A DNA stretch of 61,775 nucleotides, filler included, from Choristocarpus tenellus KU-1152 (GCA_964200185.2; 11 parts of 11 records of this genome joined end to end with filler, not necessarily neighbours in it), one strand, 5' to 3'. Numbered from the whole stretch's first letter, positions 30,643 to 43,091 are shown. Notes: generated from the sequence alone by a model not told the origin. Numbers and translations: made by a program.

Positions 30643-31240
30643 CATGTCCAGACCATGTCCACTGTGTATTATACTGGTTCATTTCTGCCGGTCAGATCGG
30701 GTCTAAAATTCTCTAACATGTCCGGACCAAGTCCACTGGGTATAGTATCGGTCCAGTTCTGCCGGTCGGACCAGGTCTAAGATTCTTGAACATGTCCGGA
30801 CCAAGTCCACTGGGTATAGTATCGGTCCAGTTCTGCCGGTCGGACCAGGTCTAAAATTCTTGAACATATCCGAACCAAGTCCACTGGGTATTGTACCAGT
30901 CCATGTCTGCCGGTCGGACCAGGTCTAAAATTCTTTAACATATCTGGACCAAGTCCACTGGGTATTGTACCGGTCCATGTCTGCCGGTCGGACCGGGTCT
31001 AAGATTCTTTAACATGTCCGGACCAAGTCCACTGGATATTGTATCGGTCCAGTTCTGCCAGTCAGACCAGGTCTAACATTCTTTAACGTGTCCGGACCAA
31101 GTCCACTGGATATTGTATCGGTCCACGTCTGCCAGTCAGACTAGGTCTAGCATTCTTTGACATGTCCACACCATGTTCATAGGCCAGTCTATTTTCCGGC
31201 ATGTTCGGCCAATGTCCAGTACATGTTGTACTAGTCCAAC
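30643..31240. repeat. 74-bp tandem array (~8 units)
   Basis: Unit starts at 30721, 30795, 30869, 30943, 31017 and 31091; consensus tccggaccaagtccactgggtattgtatcggtccagttctgccggtcggaccaggtctaaaattctttaacatg. Confidence 0.92.
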
Positions 31241-31689
31241 TGTCAAATTCGTTTGGCCACTTGATGTAAAAGATGAAGTATGTGTGGAAAATGTCAAAGG
31301 TTAAGTTCAACGTGCATATAGATAGTAACCTTTCTAATAATCTCTTAACTTTATTGATTCAAAATCAAGTAGATACACTGATTTAGGTGCAATGAGAATG
31401 CCAGGAGGCCTGTGTGAGAGGAAATTATGTTTGAACATTTAGTATTTAGTATTTCCAAATAGACAAAATATTAATATTTAATCCTTAGTAATCTGAAATA
31501 GAAAACAGAAATAATATAAAACATCGATATTGAAATTGAAAGCAGCAACCACCCAGTATCAGTTCTATTAGTGTTCAGTATTTATGAGATAGTATAGAAT
31601 ACAAGGCATAAATGGACAGCCTGGTGTAGACCCCCCCCCCCTCAAGGAGTACAAGATACAAGTAGAGTGAATGGTGAATGGGGACCCAT

Positions 31690-31900
31690 GGCTAAACGTG
31701 GCCAGCCCGAGTGAATAAAAATATCACCTAGCTGGGCATAGATTAAATGATTGAACATGACCGAGGTCCATGGCTGTTGATACTTCAACATGACCGGGGG
31801 TTGCCAACTGGCCAGCCCAGGTACAAGTAAGTACAGACATGGCCGAGTCCATAGCCATCAACTGTTTCAACGTAGCCACATGGCCAGCGGTGGACATGCT
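31690..31900. repeat. Dispersed repeat family C copy
   Basis: Similarity to 11870-12110. Confidence 0.5.
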
Positions 31901-32094
31901 TACTGCTCAGCAATGTGAAACGCCCTGAAATATATAGCAAAAATACTTTCTGAACATAAGACCTCCACAACAGGGGTACTTACAACCAATTATATTACAG
32001 AAAGTGCTGTAGAGTCTCCTCCTCTACTTTGATATGTGATACAATCAGGGGCTGCATTATCAAGGGTCTACTCTCCCTGCCCTCCACACCTAAC

Positions 32095-33505
32095 CTTCTT
32101 CTTGATGGTGGCCAGGTCCATGGGCAGTTTGACAACCTGGTGGTAGCCCGGAGCTTCCCCTTCCTTCACCGGGGTTGCAAAAATGTTGTACCCATCAGCC
32201 CTGGAGACACTCTCCCATGCACTGACCAGTACCTGATGGCAACAGCATGCGCCACAGCATCAGGTTACACATATTTAATCTGCTGCTGGTTTTAACAGTT
32301 CTGATTTCTTGGTTCAAAATCCATTGGCAACACACTTTGTAGCACTTGACTCGCAAGACAACAAAAGCACACAGAGGAATTGGGGGAGGGGGGGGGGGGC
32401 ATTCTCTCTTCCAATCAACCTCTCCCTCTTACCCCTTTCAACATTTGCTTTTCCTCTGCTAATCTGGACTTTCCAGAGGATGTACTGGTCGAACCTCCCC
32501 CCCCACTCCACTCCTGTTGACCCTCCTCTTCTTCATCCACCTTGGTTGCCTCTCTGAAAAGTCTGCGGTCCAATGACCAGACCCGAAAATAGGGTTAAGG
32601 GTTGGAGCCAATTAGGTGCAGGAGAAAGGGAGATTGTAGAGACCTAAAAGAGTGCGTTATCCCTTAACTCTAACCCTTATGGGCAAAACGGTCCCGACCA
32701 ATCAAAGAACCTTTTGAGGAGAAAGTGTACCCTTCCCGGTGTGTTTTTATTCTGTGCTGACCAAAATGGTAACATACACACTTTCGCCTTCCAAGCACTA
32801 CTATACCTCTCTTAATGCTACGGTCCTCACAACAAGTGTACGCTTTGAGAAGACGCAAGTAAACAGATATACAGTAACCTTACCATCAAGGAAGGGAGGT
32901 CCTACAATGAGCAGGTCCTCACCACACCACATGCACCATCTCCTACGGACTGGAACAAAAAACCCAACAGCCCTTTCCCACCTCTCCACCAAAACCCACC
33001 ATGCCCTTCCCAACCCCACAAAAATCCTGCCAGGAAACATCCGGTAGAGTCATCAAAATGTTGTAAGAAAAAAAACCCATACCTATGAGAGCACCTCCCT
33101 CCCCCAGCTGCAACACCACCAATAACAACTACCATAACATGTACATTCCCCGTCCCTTAATCCTCAATGCCCCCCCCACCCCCCCCCCCCCCCCCCCCCG
33201 GCCCCCCCTCCCCCCACCCTCTCCTCCCCCCACCCGCACTACTCCCCCCCCCCCCCCCCCAACGGCACCTTTACTCTCACCGTTGGATATCCCTCGTGGC
33301 TGAGTCTCTAAAGTTGTTTTCCCTTACAGCCAGATCGAGTCGACAGGCCAGTGCGCAAATCCTGTCCGTGTCCTGATCCGCTACGTGGCCATAGGCCCTC
33401 TCCCTGATGGCCACCAGAGCATCCGTCAGAAGCGTGGACCAGAGCCCAGCAAGGGCAGCTGAAGGCTCCACCTCATACCGGATGGCAACTTCGTCGCACA
33501 AGTAA
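32095..33505 (-). CDS. Bromodomain-containing protein, partial (exons ~33505-33280, ~32553-32432, 32232-32095)
   Basis: Exon 32232-32095 translates VLVSAWESVSRADGYNIFATPVKEGEAPGYHQVVKLPMDLATIKKK (bromodomain ZA loop, PMDL). The upstream exons are linked by inference only. Confidence 0.75.
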
Positions 33506-33717
33506 CTGCATCAAACAATGATATAATTTGGAAATGAGAGGGGGGGGGGGGGGAAGGAGGGGAGGTCAAGAGCAAAGTACTCTTGATAGAATACACACTG
33601 CAGCAGGAGGTGATTCANNNNNNNNNNNNNNNNNNNNNNNNNNNNNNNNNNNNNNNNNNNNTTAATTAATTAANNNNNNNNNNNNNNNNNNNNNNNNNNN
33701 NNNNNNNNNNNNNNNNN

Positions 33718-35818
33718 CCAAAGTTTAAGGCTACTATATCAGTGAATGATGCTGTGGCAAAGAGTACACTTCCCCCTGAGGGGGTTGAAGTGAATGCCAT
33801 AGTCCCAGGGGGGATTGTTGGGGGGGAGGGACCCACCCCAAAGATGGCATCGCCAGTTATTGATCCAGGGGGGTCAACAAGTACAATTGCAACATCAGAG
33901 TCCCCATACATGGATTTAGGCATAGGGGGTTTGATGCTTGAGGAAGTTGAACCAGGTCCGTGTGGGACTGTGGACGAGTCCAGTCAAGGTGCTGCTGAGA
34001 AAGTTCTGTTAAGTCCTGTGGTAGCAAGAAATGTAAGGGGTTTGGTTATGGAGAGAGAGGAGTTGGATGAACGGTTGGACAATTTCATTGGTGATGTGGA
34101 CCCAATGTCACAGCAGGGGAGTGTGAGGAAGAAGATACTGCGACATGTGGATCCCAATAGTGATCCTCCACCTGAGCCAGGCGAACTATTGGAGGAGTTA
34201 GGTGGAGGTGACACTGTGGAATTTGTTTCAAGTTCACAGGTACCTGGAAATGGGTGGGAATTGGGAGTGGAGGCAGTGAGATCTGATGGAGTATTAGATA
34301 CAGGCATAAGGTGTGAATGTGAATCAGAAGTCGTAGTAGGGGAGTGTGGGAAATACCTTGATACTGAGACTTGCGGATCACAACGGAGATCCTACACCTG
34401 GGTCAAGTTCACCATCTGAGCAACAACTGAGGTATGAGCAGAGACTGAGAGGTCTGCTTGTTGATGGGAAAGATAGACTCCTCCCACCAGAACCCAAGAA
34501 AATGCGAGAGGTATGGAGTCAGAGGAATGGTCCTTGTGGAAAGGGGCCGTGGATGAGGAAATGGACATACACAGCAGACATTCAAAGACCCAGTTTGCTT
34601 ACCCATTAAGTAGGGATAAGGTTTTTGACCAAGGCAGATGGATGGGAAAGGGTGAGTGCAGAGGTTCAAGGTGGGACTAGGATGACTGGAAAGACAAAGA
34701 GTGCGGAGCAGGAGGGGCCTATTCCAGATGACTACAGACCTATCATTGGTGGTATACAATGGGCCATTATTATGACTAGACCTGATGTATCTTTCGCAGT
34801 TAGAGAGTTGGCATCTAGTGTGGAGAATCAAAGTTGGTCTAATTGGTTGAATGCCTAGAGAATGATTGGGTACGTGTTGGGTACTAAAGAGCATGGATTT
34901 ACCTTTGGTGACTTTGGATTTATGGGAATGGATCATGGGGTCAGTTAATTAGCTAAACATATGTTGATTATGCAAACTGCAAGGACAGTAGATTGTCTAT
35001 TTCTGGTGGTATTGTGATGTTTGGGGGAGGATGTGTTGACTGGTGGTCTAGGAAGCAGAAAGCAATTACACTGTCTATTGCTGAGGCTGAGTATGTTGCA
35101 CTGTATGAGTTGGGGAAAGAGGTTTTGTTCCTCAAGCAGGTGTGCATGTTCATGCAACCATGTTGTAAGGATTACTTGGTATCAGAGTTTGAGGATAATG
35201 GTGGTGCAATTAAGATTGCACAGAAGGCAGTATCTGGTGGTAGAACCAAGCACATTGATATTGGGTACCATTACGTACACCAATTGGAAAGGGAAGGATA
35301 GATAGTGATTGGATATTTGTCAACGGAGTTCCAACATGCTGCTGATCTTTTTACTAAGGGTTTGTCTAAGGAATCTTTCAATAGGCATTCCAGTGTTATC
35401 ATGCGTAGAAGGAAGTCGGATTGATTTATGTTTTGAAGTTATGTCCAAGAATGTTTGAGGTGTTACTTCTCACTTGAAGTTCAAAGCAACAGAGTGTGTC
35501 AAGAATATGCTTTTTATTCATGTGTAAAAGAAGATTCTGTAGAAGAAACAATCTAAGGATGAAGAGACAATGTTTGTGTTCTGAAGACTAGGAGATATGT
35601 TTAGGTTCAAGAACTAGAATATGGAAGAATTCAGGAATAGGGAGCATTGTAGGAAGTAATTTGTGATTAGTTTGATTAGTCATTCACAGAATAGGATTGA
35701 TTTGGTGGTAAGGACCCCCCCCTCACCCTTTGGGTTTGGATGTTCACTCCTCCTTTCACCTTCTTTACTTCATCTACAACCTATTCCACAGAATAAGGAA
35801 TTGATCTAGTTATTTACA
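33718..35818 (+). mobile_element. Ty1/Copia LTR retrotransposon, degenerate 3' part (spacer, RT remnant, RNase H, PPT, 3' LTR ~35648-35818)
   Basis: YRPIIGGIQWAIIMTRPDVSFAVRELA, WWSRKQKAITLSIAEAEYVAL, EDNGGAIKIA, RTKHIDIGYHYV, ADLFTKGL; purine tract ggaatagggagca followed by TGTA...TACA. Confidence 0.9.
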
Positions 35819-36450
35819 TACACAAGTCTTGGGAACATCAATTTCGTTAGCAACCAGTCCACTTTTCAATTTGCACCCACCTTCCTAGTGAACATTTTCT
35901 TAGTTCCCCAACCATCTTATGACCATCTGTGGGATGAAGTACTTATCCACATTCCTCTGCTATCCATATCATTGACTTCCTCATCCACAGCCCTTTTAAC
36001 ACAAGGGCCAATCCCTCCAGTCACTCTTCCAACTCCATTGCCTCTCTCATTGTTCTGGTTCAGATGGTAGTATATATTCTCACTTTCCCACCAACAAGCA
36101 GACCAACCCATCTATTTTCATACCTCACTTGTTCCTCCAATGGTTTGCCTGGCTCAGGTGGAGGATCACAGTTGTGATATGCAAGTCTCAGCATTAAGGC
36201 ATTATTACTCCCGCTCCCCTGCTGCGACTTCTGATCCACATCACCCATGCCTGTATCCAATACAGGATCTGATGCCACTGTCTCTGCCTCCGACTCCCAC
36301 TCACTTCCTGGTACCTCAGGACTTGAAACAACCTCCACTGTATGATCTCCCCCCGAGTCCTCCAATTGTTTGCCACTGGAATCTGATTCCACTTCAAGTG
36401 TTAAACCTTGTCCTCCCAAATCCAAGGCCAGTCTTCGTTAACCTCAACCC
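35819..36450 (-). mobile_element. Second, inverted fragment of the same Copia family (spacer and RT start)
   Basis: HTVEVVSSPEVPGSEWESEAETVASDPVLDTG...DPPPEPG parallels 34150-34310; KRAVDEEVNDMDSRGMW is an RT N-terminus. Confidence 0.8.
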
Positions 36451-36739
36451 CATCATCAGTCGTGGCAGGATCAGTGTAAGGTACATGTAGTCCCTCCTAT
36501 GGGCTATTTTGAGAAGCAGGACCTGCAATGATGTAGAGGGTGTGGTTGGAGGAAAATTCCATAATCAAGTATGGTCCAGTTCTAGGAGCCAATTTATTCA
36601 TGTGTTTATCCACTTTGGCTTACCCCAAATTGGGAATAGATGGAGATGAGTAGGAACATAAAAAAAATCGAATGGGGACTTCCAGTGCGAAGTAGCAAAT
36701 GTGGGAGGGACAGGGTAAGAGTGTTGGCAATATTATTGC

Positions 36740-37150
36740 CTCTGCCCATAATCCCAGTTGATCCCCCAGACCAGCCACATGCATCATGACCAAGCCATTC
36801 TCTACAATCAGTGCAAATAACCCATTCCACTTTCCCGTTGAGTTGAAGAGTTCCTGGCAGTGTATGTATGCCTTATCTTGTGTTATCCAGTAAATACTCA
36901 AATGCAGTATTTTTTAATTCCATCCCTTTATCAGTCCTATGGAGCTATTTCTTCTACCCTGCGAACTACCTATTCCTCTACAACTGATTGTACTGCCCTG
37001 TCCATTCTTTGATTTTTCCTCACACTTTGGGTTCAACTGTCCCACCACTAATCGCCCCGCTTCATTCCTCGAGTTTTGTGCGTATTCCTCTGTCATTTAT
37101 CCTCGCCACCACAATCCAGATCTTTCTGCGCATCCCATTTTGTAGTTTAG
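36740..37150 (-). pseudogene. Possible decayed DNA-transposase C-terminus with a PHD-like finger
   Basis: EWVICTDCREWLGHDACG resembles the WxxCxxCxxWxHxxC tail of pogo/DDE_1-type transposases; surrounding frames are broken. Confidence 0.3.
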
Positions 37151-39574
37151 CGCAAGATGTAAGGTCAAGGTGTTACATACTTGCTTCCGTCATTCTAACC
37201 ACAGTGAGCAGTAAGTGTGCCCACAGAAAACCTAAAAAGGGAATGTTCCAGTTGCTATAGTTCCATTGTCGAATTTGTAACTTGAGAATAAAGAAAAAGT
37301 TTTCAGTTGAATGAGGGTTTGTGAAAACTTGACGTTTTAGATTCCAGTTATGGTTCTTCACCTCACCTTTGATTTTTAATCGTACAGATGGCTTGAGAAT
37401 AACTGTGGAACTTTTATCCAACAATCTGATATCATCCATATAAGTTGGCTATCAAGGTATCAATATATCACCCTATGGGCTCGTGGATCGGACTTATTTA
37501 TGTATCACATCAATGAAAGCTGTGGGATGGGTTGGCATGGATGTTCGAGGTGTCCATGGCAAAATTCGCCCATTACAAGGTCACAAAGGCCTATAAATAT
37601 GTAAAGCTCAGACCTGAGTCGGAAGAGTTGTTAACAGACCCCAAAAGATGATGCTAACCACCAGAAATGGGTGGTGATGTTCACTGTTGACAGTGCCACC
37701 ATCTAAAATGAGGATTTGGAAAGATCCATGATCCCAGTTCAAGTTTAATATTCTTCAGATTTGGAGGAAGGAGTGGTGGAATGGAGTGATTCTTATGGAA
37801 GGCTCTAGAACAGATTAGTATTATTAGGTAGATGAGGACTCCCACGAGGATGGATCTTCAAAGGATAGCAGGGAGGAGGAGTCTGGTATTGGGGCAAATG
37901 GGTCAGGCATCAAGGGTTTGGTGGTTGACAAAGGAAAGTCCAAAAATCCTTTTCAGCTGTGTGGGGATGCAGGCAGATACACATCATTAAAAATTGGCAT
38001 CCTGTGTTGCTATGGCAGGATAAGCTGTCAACATAGCCACTAAACAACCGATAAATTACTTAAACCTGATATTCCCTTGGAATCAGATCAATAAGATGGT
38101 GGATGTGATAAACATCAGCTTGAGTAGTGGTAGACCTCCTGCAAGTACCTCTCACATATTGTGCATATTGAGTGCTCTGCTTGCCTTGATTATTGTCAAC
38201 GGGTCATTGGGTAAAAGGGGAGATAACCTGGAATTGATGTTGGGTGTTGACCTCCGTTTCCTGTCCTCTCTTCCTCTAGGAAGTTCCAGGTCTATGCATA
38301 CAAGGAGGGAAAGATTTAGGACTATCTCCAGCTGTACTGACCTTGAGGCTTGCCACCGTAATTACATTCCATTCCACCACCAGCTCATTCAGCAAATTCG
38401 TGAGAGCAACTGACGGTCTAGAGCTTGATTTTGTGACCACAGGTAAGTACAAGATTGCATGCAGTCGAAAGGTAAGTGAAAGAGATGTGTTAGAGTTGCA
38501 AATCCGCAAGGGTGCAAATCTCGTCCACCTGCTCCTCCAAAGGCAAAAGAGAATGCACACTCTCCCGATTTTTTTGCAAAGCGAGTCCTTACTCCAGAAG
38601 AGGGGATGGATGGTCTTGTGGGGTGACAAGCGCGTGCAGAATCAAAAGGGTAGTATCACTACAGGTTCCACCAATTTATCTCCACCTTCAGTAGAGCCCA
38701 AACCTCAATGCCACATTTGAGCCTTTTCGTATTTTCAGTTGCTATGCACTTCAGGAAACTTTAGGTTAGCTCTTACTTTTGCAGTCCAAAGTGACACCCG
38801 TTTACTAGAAAAGTGTAACATTTGGGACGCCCAGAAATCCCTGGCCAAACCTCCCCAACCCATGCCGTTTTACAAAATCTCCAATTCAGCCCAAAGGACA
38901 TTCTCCATCCACTAGTTGGATTAGTTGGATATTGGTTTATTATACATGTTTCATTGTCTGATCTATATACCCTACCACAATGTTGTAACAAATAATTCAA
39001 ATAACATACTCAAAACAAACTGAAACGCAACTTCAGGGTGTGATCTTTCTCCAGTTGACTGAGACAATCCCTCATAACCTGAAAGTCATGATTGAATATA
39101 CACTCCTTTGGTTCGCTATACACTTCCAGTAACTGCACCTTCAGACGCAAAAATCACACCAAAAAAGCATATTAGGTTGGGCAGAAAAACAATAGCACCC
39201 CCAAGACATACCCGTTTGAAAGACACTCAAACAGATGCCATACACCTATCACACTGCACAGTGAATCGACATGCACTGCCTCTTAGAGTGTACATCGCAG
39301 ACCACAATAATTTCCACCCCGTCAAAGGAAGTTGCATAGTACATCTATCTCATCCAAATATCCTTCCATCACTCAGAAACCTTCACAGTCCCTATTTCTG
39401 GTTTCCAACCCTACTGGAACCACCACTTTTACACGCAGTCATACCCTGATCATTAAGATGGCAGAAAAGCTGCAAAGTGGCGAACATGATGGTAGGGTTG
39501 GGACTCTCTCTGCTGCTGCAGCACCTGCTCTCGGTCCCATCAGTCCTGCCATGTGAGCAGTGGATTTGCAACAA

Positions 39575-39768
39575 ACGTGGGTCTTTTTATGACACTTTTC
39601 CACTCCGAAATGTTTCGAAGTAGGTCAAATGTATGCGTCATGAAAAGGTGTATCCGGAACAAGGATATTGACACTTCCTGACTAACACGGTAGCCAAAAT
39701 TACATCAAAATCACAACATTGGATTTTGGTCCCCAAATGGACGTGGACCTACCCTCTAAGATACTTTA
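39575..39768 (+). mobile_element. MITE family B, right portion
   Basis: ggattttggtccccaaatggacgtggacctaccctctaagatacttt. Confidence 0.8.
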
Positions 39769-40802
39769 GAAGAAAGACACCTTCGCTTTCCGATTCCACT
39801 CTTCGATAAAGGTCTTCTCTTTCACCACTATCGCAAAGTTATTATTAATTTTAGCCAGTCTGAAATTTGAAGTATATTCTTAATTTTCCTCTACCCTCCA
39901 ATAAGACCCCACCTTTAGCACATATACATTTGTAAGCCCACTAGAGGATAATAGCATCCCGTAGGTAAGGCTATGGTGAACTTGGCATGAAACAATTTCT
40001 TCCAGCATCGAAAATTTATGGCTTTCATGTTTGTTAGTAACTACTGAGTGAGCTTAGTGAGTGTCTCCCACAGCCTTTCCAACACCTACATTGAATACTG
40101 TTGGGTGCATAAACTGTCCTTTCCAAATTTCTTCAAATCCATTCTTGACTATCTTCACCCGCTTGGACATTGCAGAAGATGACGTCTTTCTGGCGGTATT
40201 ATACCAAATGAACCCTGATATTGCCACGACGTGATTACACAACCACTTTTCCCAACTTCGCCCGCGAATCTTGTCCATAATCGAGCGCAGTATGGATGAC
40301 TAAGAGCCTTACGTGTAGGATGCATCCTAGACGCACGAGTAGTAGGACCTCTGGACCCACCTGGCTCGTGCTCTTCCATATTCGTTCCGTCCTTTTGTGG
40401 TTCTCACACTTGTGTTTATAGTTTCTGACTTACCAACCATATTAGTAAACATATCGCACATTTTGTTGTCTTTTTTTTTCAAAGGGACAACCATAATAGA
40501 TGTTTCTGCCTTTTTTTCATTGTCCAAAGGCCAGTAAAAAAAATAGTCCAAAATTTTGAGGAGCACAAAAAGTACCCACATGGACAAAAAACTCAGATTC
40601 CGAGGCCTATCTGTATTACAGACAAAACCGAAATATTCCAAAATCCTTGAAATAAGGTTTTACAGGTAAAGTGCAATAAGCATACTTCCGTTCTGTGCAA
40701 AAAGAGCTGTTCGAATAGAGTTTTAGCTTTATGTGATACGAAAATTATTAGCGGAGTGAGCACCCTCCATCGAGGTGGGGAGGTGAGGGGCGCTCTCTGC
40801 CT

Positions 40803-42991
40803 TGTTATCTATTGCGCACATCAGCAGACACGTTAGAAAGTGTCTGTCTCAGACGCACTACCACAACGTCACTTTCTGCGTCTATAGTACTACATCAGTC
40901 ATTCTGCGTCAGCCACCTAAATTAGCAATAAATAATCAACCCATCGAGATTCGAACCTATTACTATAAGCATACTCATACAAATCAATGACATTTAATCC
41001 ACTCTGCCAATATTTTTGTTACATAATAATGGTTACCAAACACATAAGAAACCTGCAAACTACCAGCCTATATTGCACACTCCCCCATGAGCGTGCGGCA
41101 AAGTTGCTGACAAAAGCTCACCCCCGACGCGAAAACACGGAATGCACAAAATCTGAAGTAAGGCTCTTGCGCTAAGACTTGCTCAAAATGTCGGCTAGTT
41201 ATTTTGATGTTGGAATGTATTCTACGTGGAATAGACCCTGGTCCACATATTCTCTGGTGCACTTCAGCTTCACGTACACGTGCTTGGTTCTCCCATTGAA
41301 ACCTGTGATGCTGCCCACCTGTATAGCACCACGGTTTTCACAGAACCAGGGAGTTTGGTCTTGTATGTAGTATACCGATCTCCCCCAGAATACCTCGAAG
41401 GAAAATGCAGTGGCGCATGCCGTATGCCATTGCCATCCACCTTGCCTCCGAGCTGTAGAGGGTGACGGTGCCTTGAAGCTTGCAGTGCCAGGCGATGGGT
41501 GATCCGTTGAACTATAGTAGGTAACCTGTGACACTTCTGTGTGTTAGGGAGTCGGTGCCCCAGTCGGAATCCTCACACCACACCAATAGCTCTCCGTCCC
41601 CTCCGTTCATATCTTTACTCCCCCAACTATAGTGAATGCAGACGTCCAGTATCCCTGCTACGTAGCGCAGAACGTGTTGTAGTCTGCGCCAGTGTCACAT
41701 GCATGGAAACACCTCCCTGTGCCCCAGTTCACGAACGCTGTTGGCTAGGTGCGGGCGAGTCATGCCTACTAGAAACATGAGATGGCCGAGGATACTGGCA
41801 TAGAGGTAGATGGTGGGATTCAGTTCCTCCTCATTGGCATGCCTATCAGAGAGGTATATGCCGGGGTGCAGTGGTGTGGATGTGTTGCACTTCCGTGGAG
41901 CCCATGCCGGCCATGACAATGCTTTCCGCGTATAGCTGTTAGTCCAAGGCGATGCCGTTCGCACCTACAGTGATGCCCCACCCCAAGGTCCAGCCCCTCG
42001 TATAATAATGCATCTCTAAATTTATTAACTATATATAGTTAATCCAGAGCCAATTAAATTCATTTGGGATTTACTTACGTAAGATCTAATAGCAAATTTA
42101 GACCACTTTTATTCTACATAAACTATATACTCCTAACTATTCTACACTCTTTAATCAATTTCTAGATTAACAACTCATTAAAATACAAATATGTTAGATG
42201 TGTCACTACTGCTTTATGGGTATTAATTAATGCTAACAAACCTTTGTTAGATGACATAAATCGAAAATTAAGGCTTAGTAAAAGTATAATTAGGTCGTCA
42301 ATAGTTAGAGTTAGTGAAACTAGTAAAGAAACATCTTAAGTTTTGAAAGCTAAGAACGCAGATGATAAAATGATTCATGTCACTTTCAGTAAGGCTCCTG
42401 AACGCTAAAACGAATATTAATAATAAAAATAGATTAAATTTTTTGTCTCAAGAAGAATATTTAGCTCTAGATATTACTCCCTTGTCAATCTTAATACTAT
42501 TTGCTAGATTTTGTTAGCTAGTATTTATTGTACACCTTGCTCCTTTAAGTTGAAATGTTGTAATTGTGTTTATGTTACGAGTTAATTAATTAATTGGGGT
42601 ATGGTATATTAAACGTATTGTATATTGAGTAGGAAATATTATTATTTTTTTAAAAATTCAGCAGCGGTGCGCTAATACTTCTCCAGCAGCGATGCCCTCA
42701 TCCTCTGGATCTCCTCCGTGAAGTCCCGAGTGGTGGCAGTGTTGTCAACGTAGGTGGTGAGAATGGTGATGCGTCCGTCTTCACTCTTCCTGAAGTAGAG
42801 GCACTCGTCGTGTTCGGTGCTCGTCCACCCTTCTCCTAGGATGGCGCCGCGTAGCTCGTGATACCACTCCATGGCTGACTGCTTCAGCCCATAGATTGCC
42901 TTCTCTGCCTTGACGGTGCGGCCGTCAGTAAGCTCCAGCCAGAAGTCCTCCTTCAGGTCTGCGTTGAGGTAGGCCTGTGTGAAGTCCAGAG
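40803..42991 (-). mobile_element. Ty1/Copia LTR retrotransposon (second family): RT, RNase H, PPT and 3' LTR (41079-40803), interrupted by the insert at 42003-42675
   Basis: LDFTQAYLNADLKE, KAIYGLKQSAMEWY, DECLY, TYVDN, LGHLMFLVGMTRPHLANSVRELG, RTKHVYVK, LADILSK; gggggag PPT followed by TGT...ACA. Confidence 0.9.
42003..42675 (+). pseudogene. AT-rich foreign insert resembling a degenerate bacterial rpsF-rpsR-rplI (S6-S18-L9) operon fragment
   Basis: Sharp composition shift and flanking TA duplication. Broken frames read M..Y*LYIVNPE and CHYCFMGIN/ANKPLLDDINRKLRLSKSIIRSSIVRV (S6-like), then NAKTNINNKNRLNFLSQEEYLALDITPLS (weakly S18-like), then VIVFMLRVN*LIG...SRKYYYF..KNSAAVR (weakly like the L9 N-terminus). 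Confidence 0.5.
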
Positions 42992-43091
42992 NNNNNNNNN
43001 NNNNNNNNNNNNNNNNNNNNNNNNNNNNNNNNNNNTTAATTAATTAANNNNNNNNNNNNNNNNNNNNNNNNNNNNNNNNNNNNNNNNNNNN

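Noticed and set aside
30643-31240. CRISPR-like interpretation of the 74-bp array
   Set aside because: Units are homologous over their whole length, with no unique spacers and no cas-like genes.
40054-40641. Possible MULE SWIM finger (WLCNHVVAI)
   Set aside because: The upstream CxC is missing and frames are broken; insufficient support.
40750-40805. Hairpin followed by CTTGT, resembling a Helitron 3' end
   Set aside because: The TGT is better explained as the end of the Copia LTR (40803), and no matching 5' end or helicase is visible.
42003-42675. Tc1/mariner, Helitron or IS-like identity for the TA-flanked insert
   Set aside because: No TIRs, no A|T target site and no transposase; the TA duplication may be microhomology.
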